64,000 nt of DNA from Felis catus (GCF_018350175.1 NC_058368.1:81408001-81472000); one strand, 5' to 3'; counted from the stretch's first letter, positions 26,007-38,204 are shown. Notes: generated from the sequence alone by a model not told the origin. Translations and numbers: made by a program.

Positions 26007-26007
<1 letters not shown>

Positions 26008-26046
<39 letters not shown>

Positions 26047-26143
26047 ATGGTGTGTGCAAGTATATGTGAGTATGAACATGTACAGGGGCGTGCGGTGTGT
26101 GTGTGTGCACCCGTGAGAATACATGTGTGCACGCATGTGTGCA

Positions 26144-26174
<31 letters not shown>

Positions 26175-26280
26175 AACATGTACAGGTGTGTGTGAGGTGT
26201 GCACATGTGTGCACGTATCTATGTGGGGAAGTGTGGCATACGTGCGAACGTGTGTGTGTGTGTGTGTGCGTGTGTGCATA
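26008..26280. repeat. Compound (TG)n microsatellite
   Basis: Several (tg)n runs with gcat/gcac interruptions. Confidence 0.92.
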
Positions 26281-26519
26281 TTCCTGGAGGAAAGTACTGA
26301 CTTACGTTGACTCTTCACAACCCATTCAAGTCCAAGGCTGCTTTGCCATGGAGCGGTATAAATAAAACACAATACTTTAAAATGAACAAAATAAAATGAA
26401 ACCATGTTACATGACTCGGTGTATGGCGCTCATCACCACAGATCTCCCCCTCCTCCAGAGACACTCTCTCCACGGCCTCCAGGGTGTGCGCCCCCTGCCT
26501 TGAACCCTTCACCCTCATG

Positions 26520-26714
26520 GTGGCCCCTTTGGGGTCTGTCGTCAGGCCTCTGGCAAGGACACCGGTCAGGTCAGATCAGGGTCACCCCGGCGACCTCACG
26601 TCACCCCATTACATGGAGGGTGAATCCCTACATCCAATGCAGCTACACCGCGGCAGGGACTGGGGGTCAGGGCTTCAACTTAGGAATTCTGGGGACCCAA
26701 TTCAGCCTGTAACA
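26520..26714 (-). mobile_element. MaLR LTR 5' part, MLT1B-like
   Basis: aaggacaccggtcagg...gggactgggggtcagggcttcaacttaggaattctggggacccaattcagcctgtaaca. Confidence 0.75.
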
Positions 26715-26879
26715 TGACCCCACGGACCCCAGTGCCATGCCTGGTGTATACCGTGTGTTCAATCAGGGCTTCCTCTATTTGGAGACGCCTCTAGAAGATG
26801 GTTACTGGTTACACGATCTCTCCCTTTCTAGCAGGTCCACGTAAGCTCGAGGCTGGATGATGAGCCCCCTCAGATGGTC

Positions 26880-26955
26880 TGTTCACCTGGCTGGGCAGTG
26901 ACCACACATGTTTGCAGGTGTTCACCCGCTGGGCAGTGACCACACGTCCTTGCAG
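26880..26955. repeat. ~38-bp tandem duplication
   Basis: tgttcacctggctgggcagtgaccacacatgtttgcag followed by tgttcacccgctgggcagtgaccacacgtccttgcag. Confidence 0.85.
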
Positions 26956-27539
26956 ACGGGATGAAGACTCAGCCGCTAAAGAAAGAGGAAGAGCAGACCA
27001 AGTGACAACGTAGGACATGTTGATGTTAGTGTCAGATGCCCCCTCACCCCCTTCGCTGGTGGAATTGGCCTTTCCGGCCACTTTTTTTCTTCACTCTGGT
27101 GGCTCCTAACCATCAGGGCTGCCCGGCCAGCAGAAGCGGAGTCACAGAAATCCCATCTCTGACGTGGAACAGGTAGCACTGGGTGAAGCGAGACTTATGT
27201 GACCCGTGTGCTTCTGTGTCTGGGACTTGATTCAGCCCAGACAGAAATGGAGCTCAGCGCCACTCTGACTACACTCAGGATGCGGGGGTGGCCCACGTCC
27301 CAGGATCCCAGTGACAGCCTTGTTGTTACAGAAGTTAACTTCTCTTCCCTCCCATGTGCCATGACACTGGGCTCACTGCTCTTGCCCTGGGTCTCACCAG
27401 AGAGATGAAACGTTAAATTAAACATGGTCGATTTGGGTTGTCAGGGCCCCATGTGGGCAGTGGTTGCGAATGGCCCACCAAGTAGGAAGCAGAGCTTGCT
27501 GGTGGCTGGGAAGGAACAGGTAACAATAATGGGTGACAG

Positions 27540-27745
27540 TAACAATAGCAATGCCACTCACCATGTAAAAACACTGTTCTAAACACATCATGTAGGTTAA
27601 CTTAGTTACTTCTCAAAATACTCTTATGAGATCACCTCCAATCTTCAATGATTAACCAGTGCCATGACAGCACAACTCAAGTGGTGAGTGAGAGAACCAG
27701 GATTTGAATCTGGGTGTCGTAGCTCCAAAATCATGCTGTAAAACC
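27540..27745 (-). mobile_element. MIR
   Basis: cactgttctaaacac...gtggtgagtgagagaaccaggatttgaatctggg. Confidence 0.65.
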
Positions 27746-27766
27746 CCACACTAAAAACCCTTGTCT

Positions 27767-27980
27767 GGGGGTACCTGGGTGGCTCCGACGGTCAGGCAGC
27801 CGACTCTTGGTTTCAGCTCAGGTCATGATCTCACAGTTTTGTGAGTTTGACCCCTGCATTGAGCTCTGCACTGACAGTGAGGAGCCTGCTTGGGATTCTC
27901 TCTCCCCTCTCTCTCTCTCTCTGTCCCTACCCCACTCATGCTCTCTCTCTTGCAAAATAAGTAAACTTAAAAAATTTTTT
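27767..27980 (+). mobile_element. CanSINE
   Basis: Head, (CT)n, A-tail; TSD aaaccct(t/g)gtctg at 27755 and 27981. Confidence 0.93.
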
Positions 27981-28263
27981 AAACCCTGGTCTGCCTGCAA
28001 CTCCTGACTGTCACATGCTTCTCCTCCAAACATCAGAAATAGCCAATGTGGCATGATGACAGATGGCAGCATAAAGGACAAAGACCACCGTGCTCCAGGG
28101 CAAATGGAGGAAATAGTCGTGGAAGGATGTTCCCAGCACTGGCCGTCATGCGATAGCCAGATAACCAAGGTCTTGGGTCAGAGCACCCAGGCCTGGCCCT
28201 GATCTCTATGTGGCCTTAGACATGTCACTTAATGTCGAAAGCTTAATTTTCCTTGTCAGTGAC

Positions 28264-28740
28264 CATGACAGGTTGCATTTTCCAACAATGGCCACGCCAA
28301 CATCTTCAGCCCATTCCACATGTTCTTCCAGTGTGACTGTGCCCTCCCCCAGTGAGTGGTGGGCCTGCCTTCCCTTTCCTCAGGGCCTCTTACTGCCCCA
28401 ACCAGTGGGGTTCTGTGCCACGGGCTTCCAATCCAGGTCACAGAATGTACGTTCTTTGGCCTGGTGCTGGCCTCACTCTTGTCCCCCTCTGCCCCTCTCC
28501 TGTCCCCTCTCAATGCTCACCATGGGAACCCAGCTACCATGTTGAAAGGAAGCCCAGGCCACATAAGGAGGCCCCGTACAAATGCTCCAGCAGTCACCTC
28601 AGCTAGTCTTAGCTGACAGCCTTCATCACCCACCAGCCCTGAGAGCAGATAAGCCTCATGTTTTCCAGCAGAGACCCCATCCCCACCATACTCTCCCAAC
28701 TCCTGACCCACAGAAATGGTATCAACAGATATATAACACA
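28264..28740 (+). mobile_element. MaLR LTR, MLT1G/H-like, inserted into a MIR (~28170-28263 and ~28741-28860)
   Basis: ttgcattttccaacaatggcc start; ggaacccagctaccatgttgaaaggaagccc; tcctgacccacagaa; ends in aca; gtgac/gtgaa flanks; MIR core ttttccttgtcagtga|aataagagtaa resumes after it. Confidence 0.75.
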
Positions 28741-29538
28741 GTGAAATAAGAGTAAACTTTTCTATTACAGGTATTTTTTTGTTGTTGTAGGTATTTGCGA
28801 AGATTAACTGAGCTTATGCGAAAGCAGTCTGCAAACCATTGTAGGCTGTACAAATGTGGCGTATTGTCATGGCATTAGCAGCTGTGAGGGAGGTGTGGGA
28901 CTTCTAAGCCCTGAGGTCAAATTGTAATATTTCTTTCTAAATACCCTGATACTTTTCATAGAAATTCGAAAACAGGAGAGTTACAGGGTCTGTGATCTTA
29001 TCAAATACTGTTTTTTCTATCAAATGTCTGTGACCTTGGCACACTAGACCTGGAACTTGGGAATGGCTCCTGTCTACTGAGCATGATGTACCCAATGCTG
29101 TGGGCCTGGGCCAAGACTTTCCTTTTCTGCAAACTAGTAGCTCCCACCATTCCTAAATTGGCCAGGTACCTGGGATTGGGATCTCTGGCTGAAAAGGGCC
29201 CCAGAAGTTGTTGGGGTAATTTTTCTCCCCTTAAAACCAGGAACAGGGTCAACTCCGTGCATGGGTACTGGGGACCCAAGATGATACATGGTCTTTGGGC
29301 ATGACAAACACCATGATGTGCGGGTTAAATTAATACCACCATTTAGGGTAATATATTTGACCCTGAAATCTCATTTTCTCTCCATTCTATTATTTTATAT
29401 AAACAAAATGATGGATTCTGACATGGAACTCTTTTTACATGAAAACATTTCAAAAGCTTGACATGAACACATCTGACCTTGTATGGAAATCTGGAGAAAG
29501 CAGAAAGAATCCACTATGTGAGTTGCAAGCCTAGTATC

Positions 29539-29953
29539 TGTTTCTTTCAGGGTCCCACTAGGGAAAGAGAACCATATATAGAATCAGTGGTGGGGGGTGG
29601 AGAAAAAGCGAGATTTACTGCAAGGAATTGACGTGTACAGTTGGGCAGGCTGGCTTCAAATCCTGACCTGTAGGACAGGCCATCAGGTACTCAGGCAGGA
29701 GCTGACAGTGCATGGGAAATTCTTTTCCCTCCGGGAAACCTCGGTTCTGGTCTTAAAGTCTTCCAACTGATTGTATCTGCCTCTTCCCCACCCCCACGGA
29801 TTATCCAAGATAATCTCCTTTACCTAAGTGCAACTGATTGTAGGTATCAATTACATCTACAAAACACCTTCACAGCAATACTGAGATCAGTGTTTAATTG
29901 AATAACTGGGTACTATGGCCTCTTCAAGTTGGCATACAAAACTGACCATCACA
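29539..29953 (-). mobile_element. ERV-L 3' LTR, MLT2D-like
   Basis: cagggtccc...agatttactgcaaggaattg...ataatctcctttacctaagtgcaactgattg...cacctt cacagcaa...actgaccatcaca; PPT adjacent (acaaggggtggac on minus, 29954-29966). Confidence 0.88.
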
Positions 29954-31282
29954 GTCCACCCCTTGTCCACTCAGCATCCATTCACATCTCCTAAAGCCAG
30001 GCTGCATCTCCACATAAGGACAATAACAAAGCCATGCTCCTGCCTAACATGGTGGCACCACGCCGTGCTCCATTCACACATGCAAACTCTTTTCCTGGAA
30101 GAGGACGGAAAGTCTCTAGGTGATGTTCACTCTTCTCCTTGAGATCCTGTACTTAAATAAGGGAGAAATGTTCTTGAAAAATTGTCGTCACCATTTCTAC
30201 AACTGGTTGCACGGCTGTAGCTGGTATTTAGAACTACCTTCTTCCGCCACCCACCTGTATTCTCTTTGCCTTCAGATGGCATCTGGCTGTTGATAGTTCT
30301 TTACCTGGGGGGGGGGGGGGCAAATCTTCATTCCTGAAGGGTCTGAGCCATTATTAGCCCTGTCTGCATTGGGTTGTTGTATTTTTCACTGACTTTAATC
30401 ATAGGGCACGGTGATATTAGAGACGTGCTAAGGGGTCCCAGACATACTTTCCTTTACTTCCATTGTGAATGGTGGTCCATGTCCCCGTGGTAACAAGAAG
30501 CAATCACACTAGCCAGCACAATAACCCCCTTCTTTGTCTGTTCATTCAGAGGCATCGGAGTCCAAAGTGGCCGGGTGGGAGTGTTAACCTCCAGCTCAAT
30601 GGAATCATTGTTTTGTCTCCTGGTGGAAGCTTTCCTCCCCGTGCAACTAAAACTTTCATGAGAGCAAAACGTAAAGTTCTTGTCCAGGAGGGAAATATTT
30701 TGCTAGAGGGTCATGAGGGGTGATGGTGAATAATGTCACTGCCATTTCCACCTCTTGATTCCTGGACCTGTGAATCCTGGCTGTGGGAGAAACAGAACCA
30801 CACACTGGACACTGATTCGGAGCATGTGCAGCCTCCTGGAGAGCCTTGACCCAGCACCACGAGGTATCACCACCTAGCTGGTGCTGTAACTGAGTCTTTA
30901 GGAGGCCATGTCACTGCTCCATCAAAGGCTTCAAGGGAACACAGTGTGCACACAGTGAGATCGGTGAATATTCTGGGAGAGCCGGCCCACTGCTGTACCT
31001 CTTTTGCTGTGAAGTGAGTTTCTTGATGAGTGTCAGTGCCCAGATACTTGTGGTAGATACGACGCTCTGTGAGTCCACAGGTAGCAGTTTTAGCAAAAGC
31101 ACTGCAAGCAGACAAGACAAATCCACATCCAAAGTATGCGTCCATTCCAGTGAGAGCAAAGTGCTTCCCCTTCCACGACGGAAGTGGTCTAATGTGACCA
31201 ACCTGCCGCCAGCTAGCGGGCTGGTCACCCCAGGGAGGGGTGCTGCGCTGGAGACCCAGTGCTGGTCTCTGCTACCTACCAA
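29954..31282 (-). pseudogene. ERV-L internal fossil: decayed integrase (~30850-31230) and dUTPase (~30240-30700)
   Basis: Minus-strand peptides DAYFGCGFVLSACSAFAKTATCGLTE..HQETHFTAKEVQQWA (ERV-L integrase-like) and GGKLPPGDKTMIPLSWRLTLPPGHFGL, frameshift, PLNEQTKKGVIVLASVI (ERV-L dUTPase-like); stops and frameshifts throughout. Confidence 0.88.
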
Positions 31283-31479
31283 GTTTGGGTTACAAGCATT
31301 ACTGGTGAGGCTGAGTGAGGATAGAAATCTCTAATGCAATTCAACCTTGGTTTCATGATTCCTTCCGAGTGAGAGCCGCTCAGTGGAGAGGAAGCTGCCT
31401 CAGACGGCACACCCACCCAGAAGCCACGTCCTCCCGTCTCCCCTGCCACCACAGCCCCCTGTCTTCTTCAAGTAAGGCT

Positions 31480-32400
31480 GCAAATGGGATGTCAGGGAAG
31501 GCAGGTGCCTGCCCCAATCCCAGGGGACAAGCCATGACTGGTCTGAAACAGCTAAGGGACTTCGATTCCACTCTGCCAGGGACGGTCTCGGATGCACCTG
31601 CGGCCCAGCTCTTGCCATGAGGTGTAAGGGAAAGTCCATTGAAGGGTGTTCTGGAAACATTTTCCTTCTAGACGAGAAGATACATCTTCACAAGGAAAGA
31701 GTCCCCTTCCCCATCGCCCCCCACCTTCCTGCTTGAGATGCAACCGCTGAGCTGAGGCAGCTGCCTGGTGACCATTAGTCAACAAAGGTAAGGAAAAAAG
31801 GACACGTTCAAGAATATGTTTGCAGGAATATCCATCATAGTTATTTATAAAAGCAAAAATTAGGGAAAAAGTGAAAATTAAAAAACAAGGATTAGAAATA
31901 TACAAATATATCCATACAATAGAATATTATAAAACCATAGACATATTTATTATCAAGAGAATATGTTTATGATACTTTGTGAGGGGACAAAAGCAGGTTA
32001 CAAAGAGTTTGTAGAAGCCAATTTTTTGTGAATATGTAAATACGTTTGTGTGTGTAAAAAAGAAAATAATTGGAAGTTTATAGACCAGTATGTCAACACT
32101 GATCATCTTTGGGATGAGGGAATTGTGGGTAACTCTTTTGCTAATTTTTCTTCAATAAATTTATATAATATATGAACCAAATATTGTAAATACAGACTTT
32201 TGGGGGGGCAGGGGGAGGGTCAATTAACAGAAAGTGACAGGATGGAAATAGAGAAAAGGTTGAGTTTTTATAACATTATTGAGCCACGTGCCTCCCCTGA
32301 GCAGCCCCGCTACAGGTATTTTTTATGTGAACTAATTAAATATCCTTGCTGCTTCTAGCACACTTGGATCCTCTGTTGTTTGCAGCTGATCGTCTGCTGG
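31480..32400 (+). mobile_element. Old MaLR LTR (MLT1J/K-like) split by an L1 fragment
   Basis: gccatgactggtctgaaaca...ggcccagctcttgccatgaggtgtaagggaaagtc (5' part); attaaatatccttgctg...tctgttgtttgcagctga (3' part). Confidence 0.55.
31800..32175 (+). mobile_element. L1ME-like 3' fragment
   Basis: tatatccatacaatagaatattat...aaaagcaggttacaaa...catctttgggatgagggaattgtgggtaact. Confidence 0.7.
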
Positions 32401-32928
32401 TATGTCTTTCATATTTCTGAAGAGATCTGGATTCCTTCTCGATCATAGAATGTACCACACAAATGTGATTACCCTTGAAATATTATCAGGACAACTCAGA
32501 GGAAATGTGTTACATTTAGGTCCATATTTTTCCTCTGGGCCTTTTGACTTGCTTGAAAATCAGATGAGCCGATTAGAAGCTGAGTCTGAGGCAGAGATTG
32601 GAAATCCAAAGATCTATTTAACTAACATCCATTAGTCAGTGGCGGATAAATCCATGCAGAATGGGCCATTTAAAACAAATTTGTTCACAGTCATATTACT
32701 ACTCTGGTAACGTCTTAAACCTGGATGTGCAAAGAATCCCTTTGGACACTTTCACTCACTTGAAATGAGAGACAGAGCAAAATGAATTTTATGTTCAAAA
32801 CCATGATGTTTGGTTAAAGCATCAGGGATAGAAAACACCAAATACTATGTCTTGAGGGCTTGCTATAACTATCAGTCAATGGAATTCTTCTAACAGCTAA
32901 CAGTAGTACTAGGAAGATTCTTACTGGG

Positions 32929-33118
32929 TTTTTTTTTTTTTTTTTTTGAAAGAGAAAGCGAGAGAACACACAGAAAGGGGAGGGGCAGAGAGAGAATCCT
33001 GAGCAGACTCCATGTTCAGTGCAGAGCCCAACGCGGGGCTTGACAAGATCGTGAGATCATGACCTGAGCTGAAATCAAGAGTCAGTTGCTTAACTGACTG
33101 AGCCACCCAGGCAGCCCT
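32929..33118 (-). mobile_element. CanSINE (left of tandem pair)
   Basis: Poly-T, agagaatcctgagcagactcc body, ends gagccacccaggcagccc. Confidence 0.92.
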
Positions 33119-33329
33119 ATTTTTTAATGTTTATTTTTTTTTTGTATCTTTGAGAGAAAGAGAGAGAGAGTGCAAGTAGGGGAGGAGCAGAGAGAGGGGA
33201 GGGACATAGGACCCCAAGTGGGGTCCACGCTGACAGCAGAGAGCCCAATGCAGGGCTTGAACTTGAGAACCCTGAGATCATTACTGAACCGAAGTTGGAT
33301 GTTTAACTGACCAAGCCCCCAGGTGCCCC
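33119..33329 (-). mobile_element. CanSINE (right of tandem pair)
   Basis: tttttaatgtttatt tail, (GA)n, ends caggtgcccc. Confidence 0.92.
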
Positions 33330-33618
33330 AGATTCTCACTGGTTTTAATAGGAAGTGAAAATTACGAAGACCAATACCATGCTGCTTGGGTTCAAAGAAC
33401 ACAGTATTGAATAAAACAAAGTCTTATCACGGGTGTGAGAAGTCTACAATGTTCTCCACCACACGCTCAGTGATGGGTTCCAAGACTGATGGCACCTGTG
33501 TGTAAGAGCATCCTCAGTGAACCAGACAGGAGATGCATCACGGTTAATGTTCACACATCTCAAATAAATCACGACGCCAAGCAGCCAGCATGCTGCCAAA
33601 CGAGTCTGATTTTCTGTG

Positions 33619-33621
<3 letters not shown>

Positions 33622-33666
<45 letters not shown>
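33622..33666. repeat. (GA)n microsatellite
   Basis: ~22 perfect GA units. Confidence 0.97.
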
Positions 33667-33668
<2 letters not shown>

Positions 33669-34009
33669 CTGACAGCTGGAAAGTGAGGGGCAGACACAAG
33701 CCATTTTCTCTATAATGGCTGAAGAGACACCTCTGAACCGCACAGGCAGGACATAAGTGCCAACCGGCCAGAAAAGACAGCAGGTCGGAACCCCCCCGTC
33801 ACTGTCTCTGCCCCAAGAAAACCCCTCCCAGGCAGTGTAAGTGGCACGCCACTTAGGGAAACCTTGCTCAGTCCACGGCCGTGGAACTTTACATCCACGA
33901 CACCCTGGTGTCTTCTCTTCCGGGTCCCAAGCCCTCACAACGGTGTCCTGTCCAGGACACGCGCTCACCGAATATCTGTCACTGGCTCATTGACCAGGTC
34001 GGTGACTCA

Positions 34010-34245
34010 CTAGCAGGATGGAGAAGTGGGGCTTTTGAGACCTGGAGGCAGGGTGTTTGTATTTGGACTCCTACATTTGCAAACTATTTGTTTAGGAAAA
34101 TCTCTTTATGTCTCCAGATTTCAACTTCTTCTTTTGTTAAATGGGACAGCAGGTACCAGCTCCATTTTTCCAGAGAGTCACAAGAATCCAAAGAGAACGT
34201 TCACTGGAAAATACTTTGTACTCTGAAGTGCTGGATGGATGCGGG
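34010..34245 (+). mobile_element. MIR
   Basis: ttcaacttcttcttttgttaaatgggacagc...gaaaatactttgtactctgaagtgct. Confidence 0.55.
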
Positions 34246-34972
34246 GTGTTCCTTTCATTGTCACCGCTGCCATGTCTGCGGCTCCTTCGGTCAATGTTAA
34301 CCGGCTGCCGCTGAGTTTCTGTCTTGTACAGCAGAGGGTGTGGCGCAACGCTTAGCCCATAACAGGTGTTCCATTAACGTTAACTGAATTCAGTTTAAGA
34401 AATGCTCGCCTGCTCTCTGACTTCGCATACATTCGGGAACCTCTGGGTGACGGTTGCTGATCCGCAGGAAGCTGGGGGCTCGCCAGAGTGGCGGATGCAG
34501 GAAAGGAGGCACAGCAAAGGAGTTCGTCTTGAAAGGTGTGCTTTGCTCTGCCAAGAGTTAGACCTTGTTCCGACTTTGACGGGCAGTCTTTGAAGAGACG
34601 CCGTAACGAAATCTGTGGTGGGTAGATCTTACGCTCCTTCAAAAGGTAAAGGTGCTGGGGGGTAGCATGAGGTCCCTTCCCAACCTTTAAACACCACAGA
34701 AAACCCAGAATAATCGCGAGCTGAAATAGAGAAATCCGGGGAGTGGGGGGGCCGGCATTTGTAGGTTTATTCAAAACCATGCTCCTAGCTGGGGTGGAGA
34801 GAGAGCCGGAGAGGACCGGTCTCAGAATAGAGGCCACCTTTCCATCCTGCTTGAAAACCTCTGTTTAGTTGTAAAAGGAGCAACCTGTTGTTGTTGTTGT
34901 TGTTGAACATACAATGTTCAGAACAAGCCCCCATGAGGCAGAAACAAATGAAGGTGGGGAAAAAAAGGCAGA

Positions 34973-35183
34973 GGGGTGCCTGGGTGGCTCAGTCGGTTAA
35001 GTGTCCGACTTCAGCTCAGGTCATGATCTCACGGTTTGTTAGTTCGAGCCCCGCGTCGGGCTCCTTGCTGATGGCTTGGAGCCTGGAGCCTGCTTCGGAT
35101 TCTGTGTCTCCTTCTCTCTCTGCCCCTCGCCGACTTGTGCTCTGTCTCTCAAAAATAAATAAATGTAAAAAAAACATTTTTTT
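34973..35183 (+). mobile_element. CanSINE (SINEC_Fc-type)
   Basis: Full element; TSD aaaggcaga at 34964-34972 and 35184-35192. Confidence 0.96.
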
Positions 35184-35259
35184 AAAGGCAGAATAGCAAA
35201 ATGAGACCTTGACACAATTACTCTGAATGATATTTGTATTTGTGTTCAAATTTTCCAAT

Positions 35260-35456
35260 TTTTTTAATGTTTATTTTTATTTTTGAGAGAGAGAAAGCAA
35301 GGGAGAGCAGAGGGAGAAGGAGACACAGAATCCGAATAGGCTCCAGACTCCGAGCTGTTAGCACAGGACCTGACGCGGGGCTCGAATCCACGAACCGTGA
35401 GATCATGACTTGAGTCGAAGTCAGATGCTTAACCGACTGAGCCACCCAGGCGCCCC
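35260..35456 (-). mobile_element. CanSINE (SINEC_Fc-type)
   Basis: Full element; TSD tcaaattttccaat at 35246-35259 and 35457-35470. Confidence 0.96.
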
Positions 35457-36109
35457 TCAAATTTTCCAATGTTTAAGAAAATGCAGAAGTTATATCTTAT
35501 ATCACAGCCATACAGTTAAAACAAATTTTAATCTTATTAAACATACAAGTGGACAGTATTACATAACACAAATACCGTGTCATCACTTTGTAAAGTCACG
35601 AGGGCAATGAGGTGTCTTTTTGTTCACGGCCCCACCCCACCCCTGCCCTCGCCTGCGTGGAACGCGGTGCCGGGGACGCGGTGGGCACGTGTTGGGTGAA
35701 TGGATGGCTGTGGGAGTGCAGAGTATGGCCCTCAGGGGCTCTGTAAGTGGACTTTGCTTCACCAACAGTGTTCCTGTAGGGAGCACATGGTGACGTTTGG
35801 AACTGGAAACAGTGCTCCCCAAAGAAAAGTTCATGCCCTTGGAAGAAAGAAGAGAATGTGCATCAGGTAGGCAACCAGCCGTGGCCATCACGAAAAGGAT
35901 GAAAATATACCCACTCACCTGATGCAGGTGGCGTGCAATGCACCTACCTCTGTGTTGGGGGGACTGCCGTCAGGCACGTGGACCTCGAGGGCACTGCCGG
36001 GTCCCCCCATGTCACACAAGGTCAGCTTGTGCCCTGAACTAGCTTCATCGGTCCCTTCTCTGTTAAAATAGTTTCCTCGTGTGTGTCACTGAGTAATATT
36101 TTCTCCTCC

Positions 36110-36400
36110 TTGTTTCTGACCTTTATAGACCATTATGAATACCTTCCACAACTTACCTTTCTCCACTCACTGTCATGTTTTTGAGATTTATCCACATCGA
36201 TTGAAGTAAATGTATTTGATTCGCACCCTCTGTTCCCACCCACCCTCCATGTACAGGGTGTGGCTGCTGTCCATTCGAGGGACATGGTGTCATCCCCACT
36301 TATTGTCATCATCTGTGAGTCATGTGCATGTCCTGGTGCAGACACAGCAAGAGTTCTTTACAGGAGTGTTTTCACATGGCCAGTTCTGATCCTCAGTGGA
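36110..36400 (-). mobile_element. Old L1 (L1ME-like) fragment
   Basis: ctttctccactcactgtcatgtttttgagatttatccacatcgattg. Confidence 0.55.
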
Positions 36401-36457
36401 GTGAGAAGTTAATTTTGTGAGATGCAACTCATTTTATTGTTTAATGAAAAAGGGATA

Positions 36458-36650
36458 GGAAGTGCCTGGGGTCTCGGTCGGTTAAGAGTCTGACTCTTGA
36501 TTTCGCCTCAGGTCAGGATCTCGTGGTTCGTGAGTTCAAGCCCCACAACCAGCGCAGAGCCTGCTTGAGATTCTCTCGCTCCCTCTCTCTCTGCCCTGCT
36601 TGCTCTCTGTCTCTCAAGAAAGTAGAAGGAAGAGAAACTGCTTCTAAAAA
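36458..36650 (+). mobile_element. CanSINE
   Basis: gtgcctggggtctcggtcggttaagagtctgactcttgatttc; TSD gaaaaagggatag at 36446 and 36651. Confidence 0.9.
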
Positions 36651-36660
36651 GAAAAAGGGA

Positions 36661-36745
36661 TAGAACAGAGTAGAATAGAATAGAATAGAACAGAGTAGAA
36701 CAGAACAGAACAGAACAGAACAGAAGAGAGCAGAAGAGAGGAGAA
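36661..36745. repeat. (AGAAY)n pentanucleotide microsatellite
   Basis: tagaa/cagaa/cagag units. Confidence 0.9.
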
Positions 36746-36952
36746 CCAAACAGAAGACAGCAAACAGTATTCTGGCATAAGCACTGGTACTTTTGCTCCA
36801 GTTACAGACACTGAGGCACCGATTTCTAGTGTGAAATGTGCTTTTACAGTAGAATGCAATTGAAAAAAAAAGCGAAGTTTTTACAAAAAGGGGCTTTAGC
36901 TGAGTGTTCAATAGTGGGGTCGTCAAAACGCCCATGCCGCTTCGTCAGTAGG

Positions 36953-37312
36953 TGCATTCGTGTCTGCGGCTGCCGTGTGAACGACCTCCTGCTGGGGGCC
37001 CCAGATTTAAAGCCTGGGGGCCCTGGAGGCCCTGGAGGCCAGCGTGGGTGACGGAGGTGTGGGGGTCACACTGCCTCTGGACGCTCGCCGGGTCCCTCCC
37101 GCCTCTGCCTCCGCCCTCACGTGGCCTCTCTTCTGGCTCCCTCTCCCTCTGCCTCTGGGAAGGACACCCGTCATGGGACGTGGGGCCCATCCGGGTACGC
37201 CGAGGTGATCGCACCTCAAGATCCTTCACTTACGCCATCTGCAAATAGGGTCACGTTCACAGCTCCAGGGTCAGGACGCAGGCACGTCTTTTGGGGGGAC
37301 ACTGCTCAACCC
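36953..37312 (-). mobile_element. MaLR LTR, MLT1C-like
   Basis: gaaggacacccgtcatggg...cctcaagatccttcacttacgccatctgcaaatagggtcacgttcacag...cttttggggggacac. Confidence 0.8.
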
Positions 37313-38204
37313 CCCGGGGTAGATAATGCCGCATTTCAAAAGAGATTTTACCAGCTAATTCTCATGACACTGTCCGCAGGTTTCCGTGGCTCTGTGTCCT
37401 CACACTGCCTGGTCCCAGACCATCTGATTTCTGCCAGTCGGGGGAACGTGGTCATTACCGCCGCTTAACTGTACCGTGCGTTTTTCTGGTTACTAATGAG
37501 GTTGCGTGACTTTGTTTATTCTCTCTCTTTTGCTGTTTTGCTGTTCATGTTCCCGCTCAGCTCTCCTGTGAGATGTTGGTTCGTGTGTTTTGTCCATGTC
37601 TCCACGTTGTGTGTGTCCCGTTGGTGCATAGGAGCTCTTTCCGTCTTCCAGATGATAACCCTGCATGTCCTGGATTCCTTCTCCTAGTTTTGCTTCTCTT
37701 TTCATTTTCAAGGGTCATCTTTTAATATTATTTTTTAAATTAATGCACCGTAAAATTGGCTTGTGTAGTACTGCAAAGAGTAACGGAAGAGTCACGTAAC
37801 CACCACAAATCTGATGGCAAACAGCTCCCTCCACACGCTCACCCGCTACCGTCCGCGCTGACACCCTCCCACACACCCGTCCCCGGGGAACCGCTCACCC
37901 GCTCTCTGTCACCAGTTTGGTCTTGCCGAAGCGCAGCGTGGAAGGGATGGCACAGCATGTGACCTTGCAGGCAGCCTTCCACGACGCGGCGGACCGACTT
38001 TGCGATGCGGCCACCACGTTGGGTTTATAGGCAGCTGTGCTCCTGCTCCCTGCTGAGCCGCATGTGGCACCTGGCGTGCTCTGTCTGTCCGCTCACCTGT
38101 GGCTGGGCCACATTTAGGTTATTTGCGGCTTTTACGATAGTTACGACTAGAGTCTCTGTGAACATTTCTGTACAGGCTTTTCTGTGAGCAGGTTTTCTGC
38201 AGGG

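Noticed and set aside
33450..33885. Possible hAT/Charlie-type DNA transposon relic (similar hint at 24761)
   Set aside because: Only one TIR-like end is discernible; too degenerate to call by eye.
34973..35060. tRNA-like A/B box sequences
   Set aside because: They are the tRNA-derived heads of CanSINEs, followed by CT body and A-tail, not tRNA genes.
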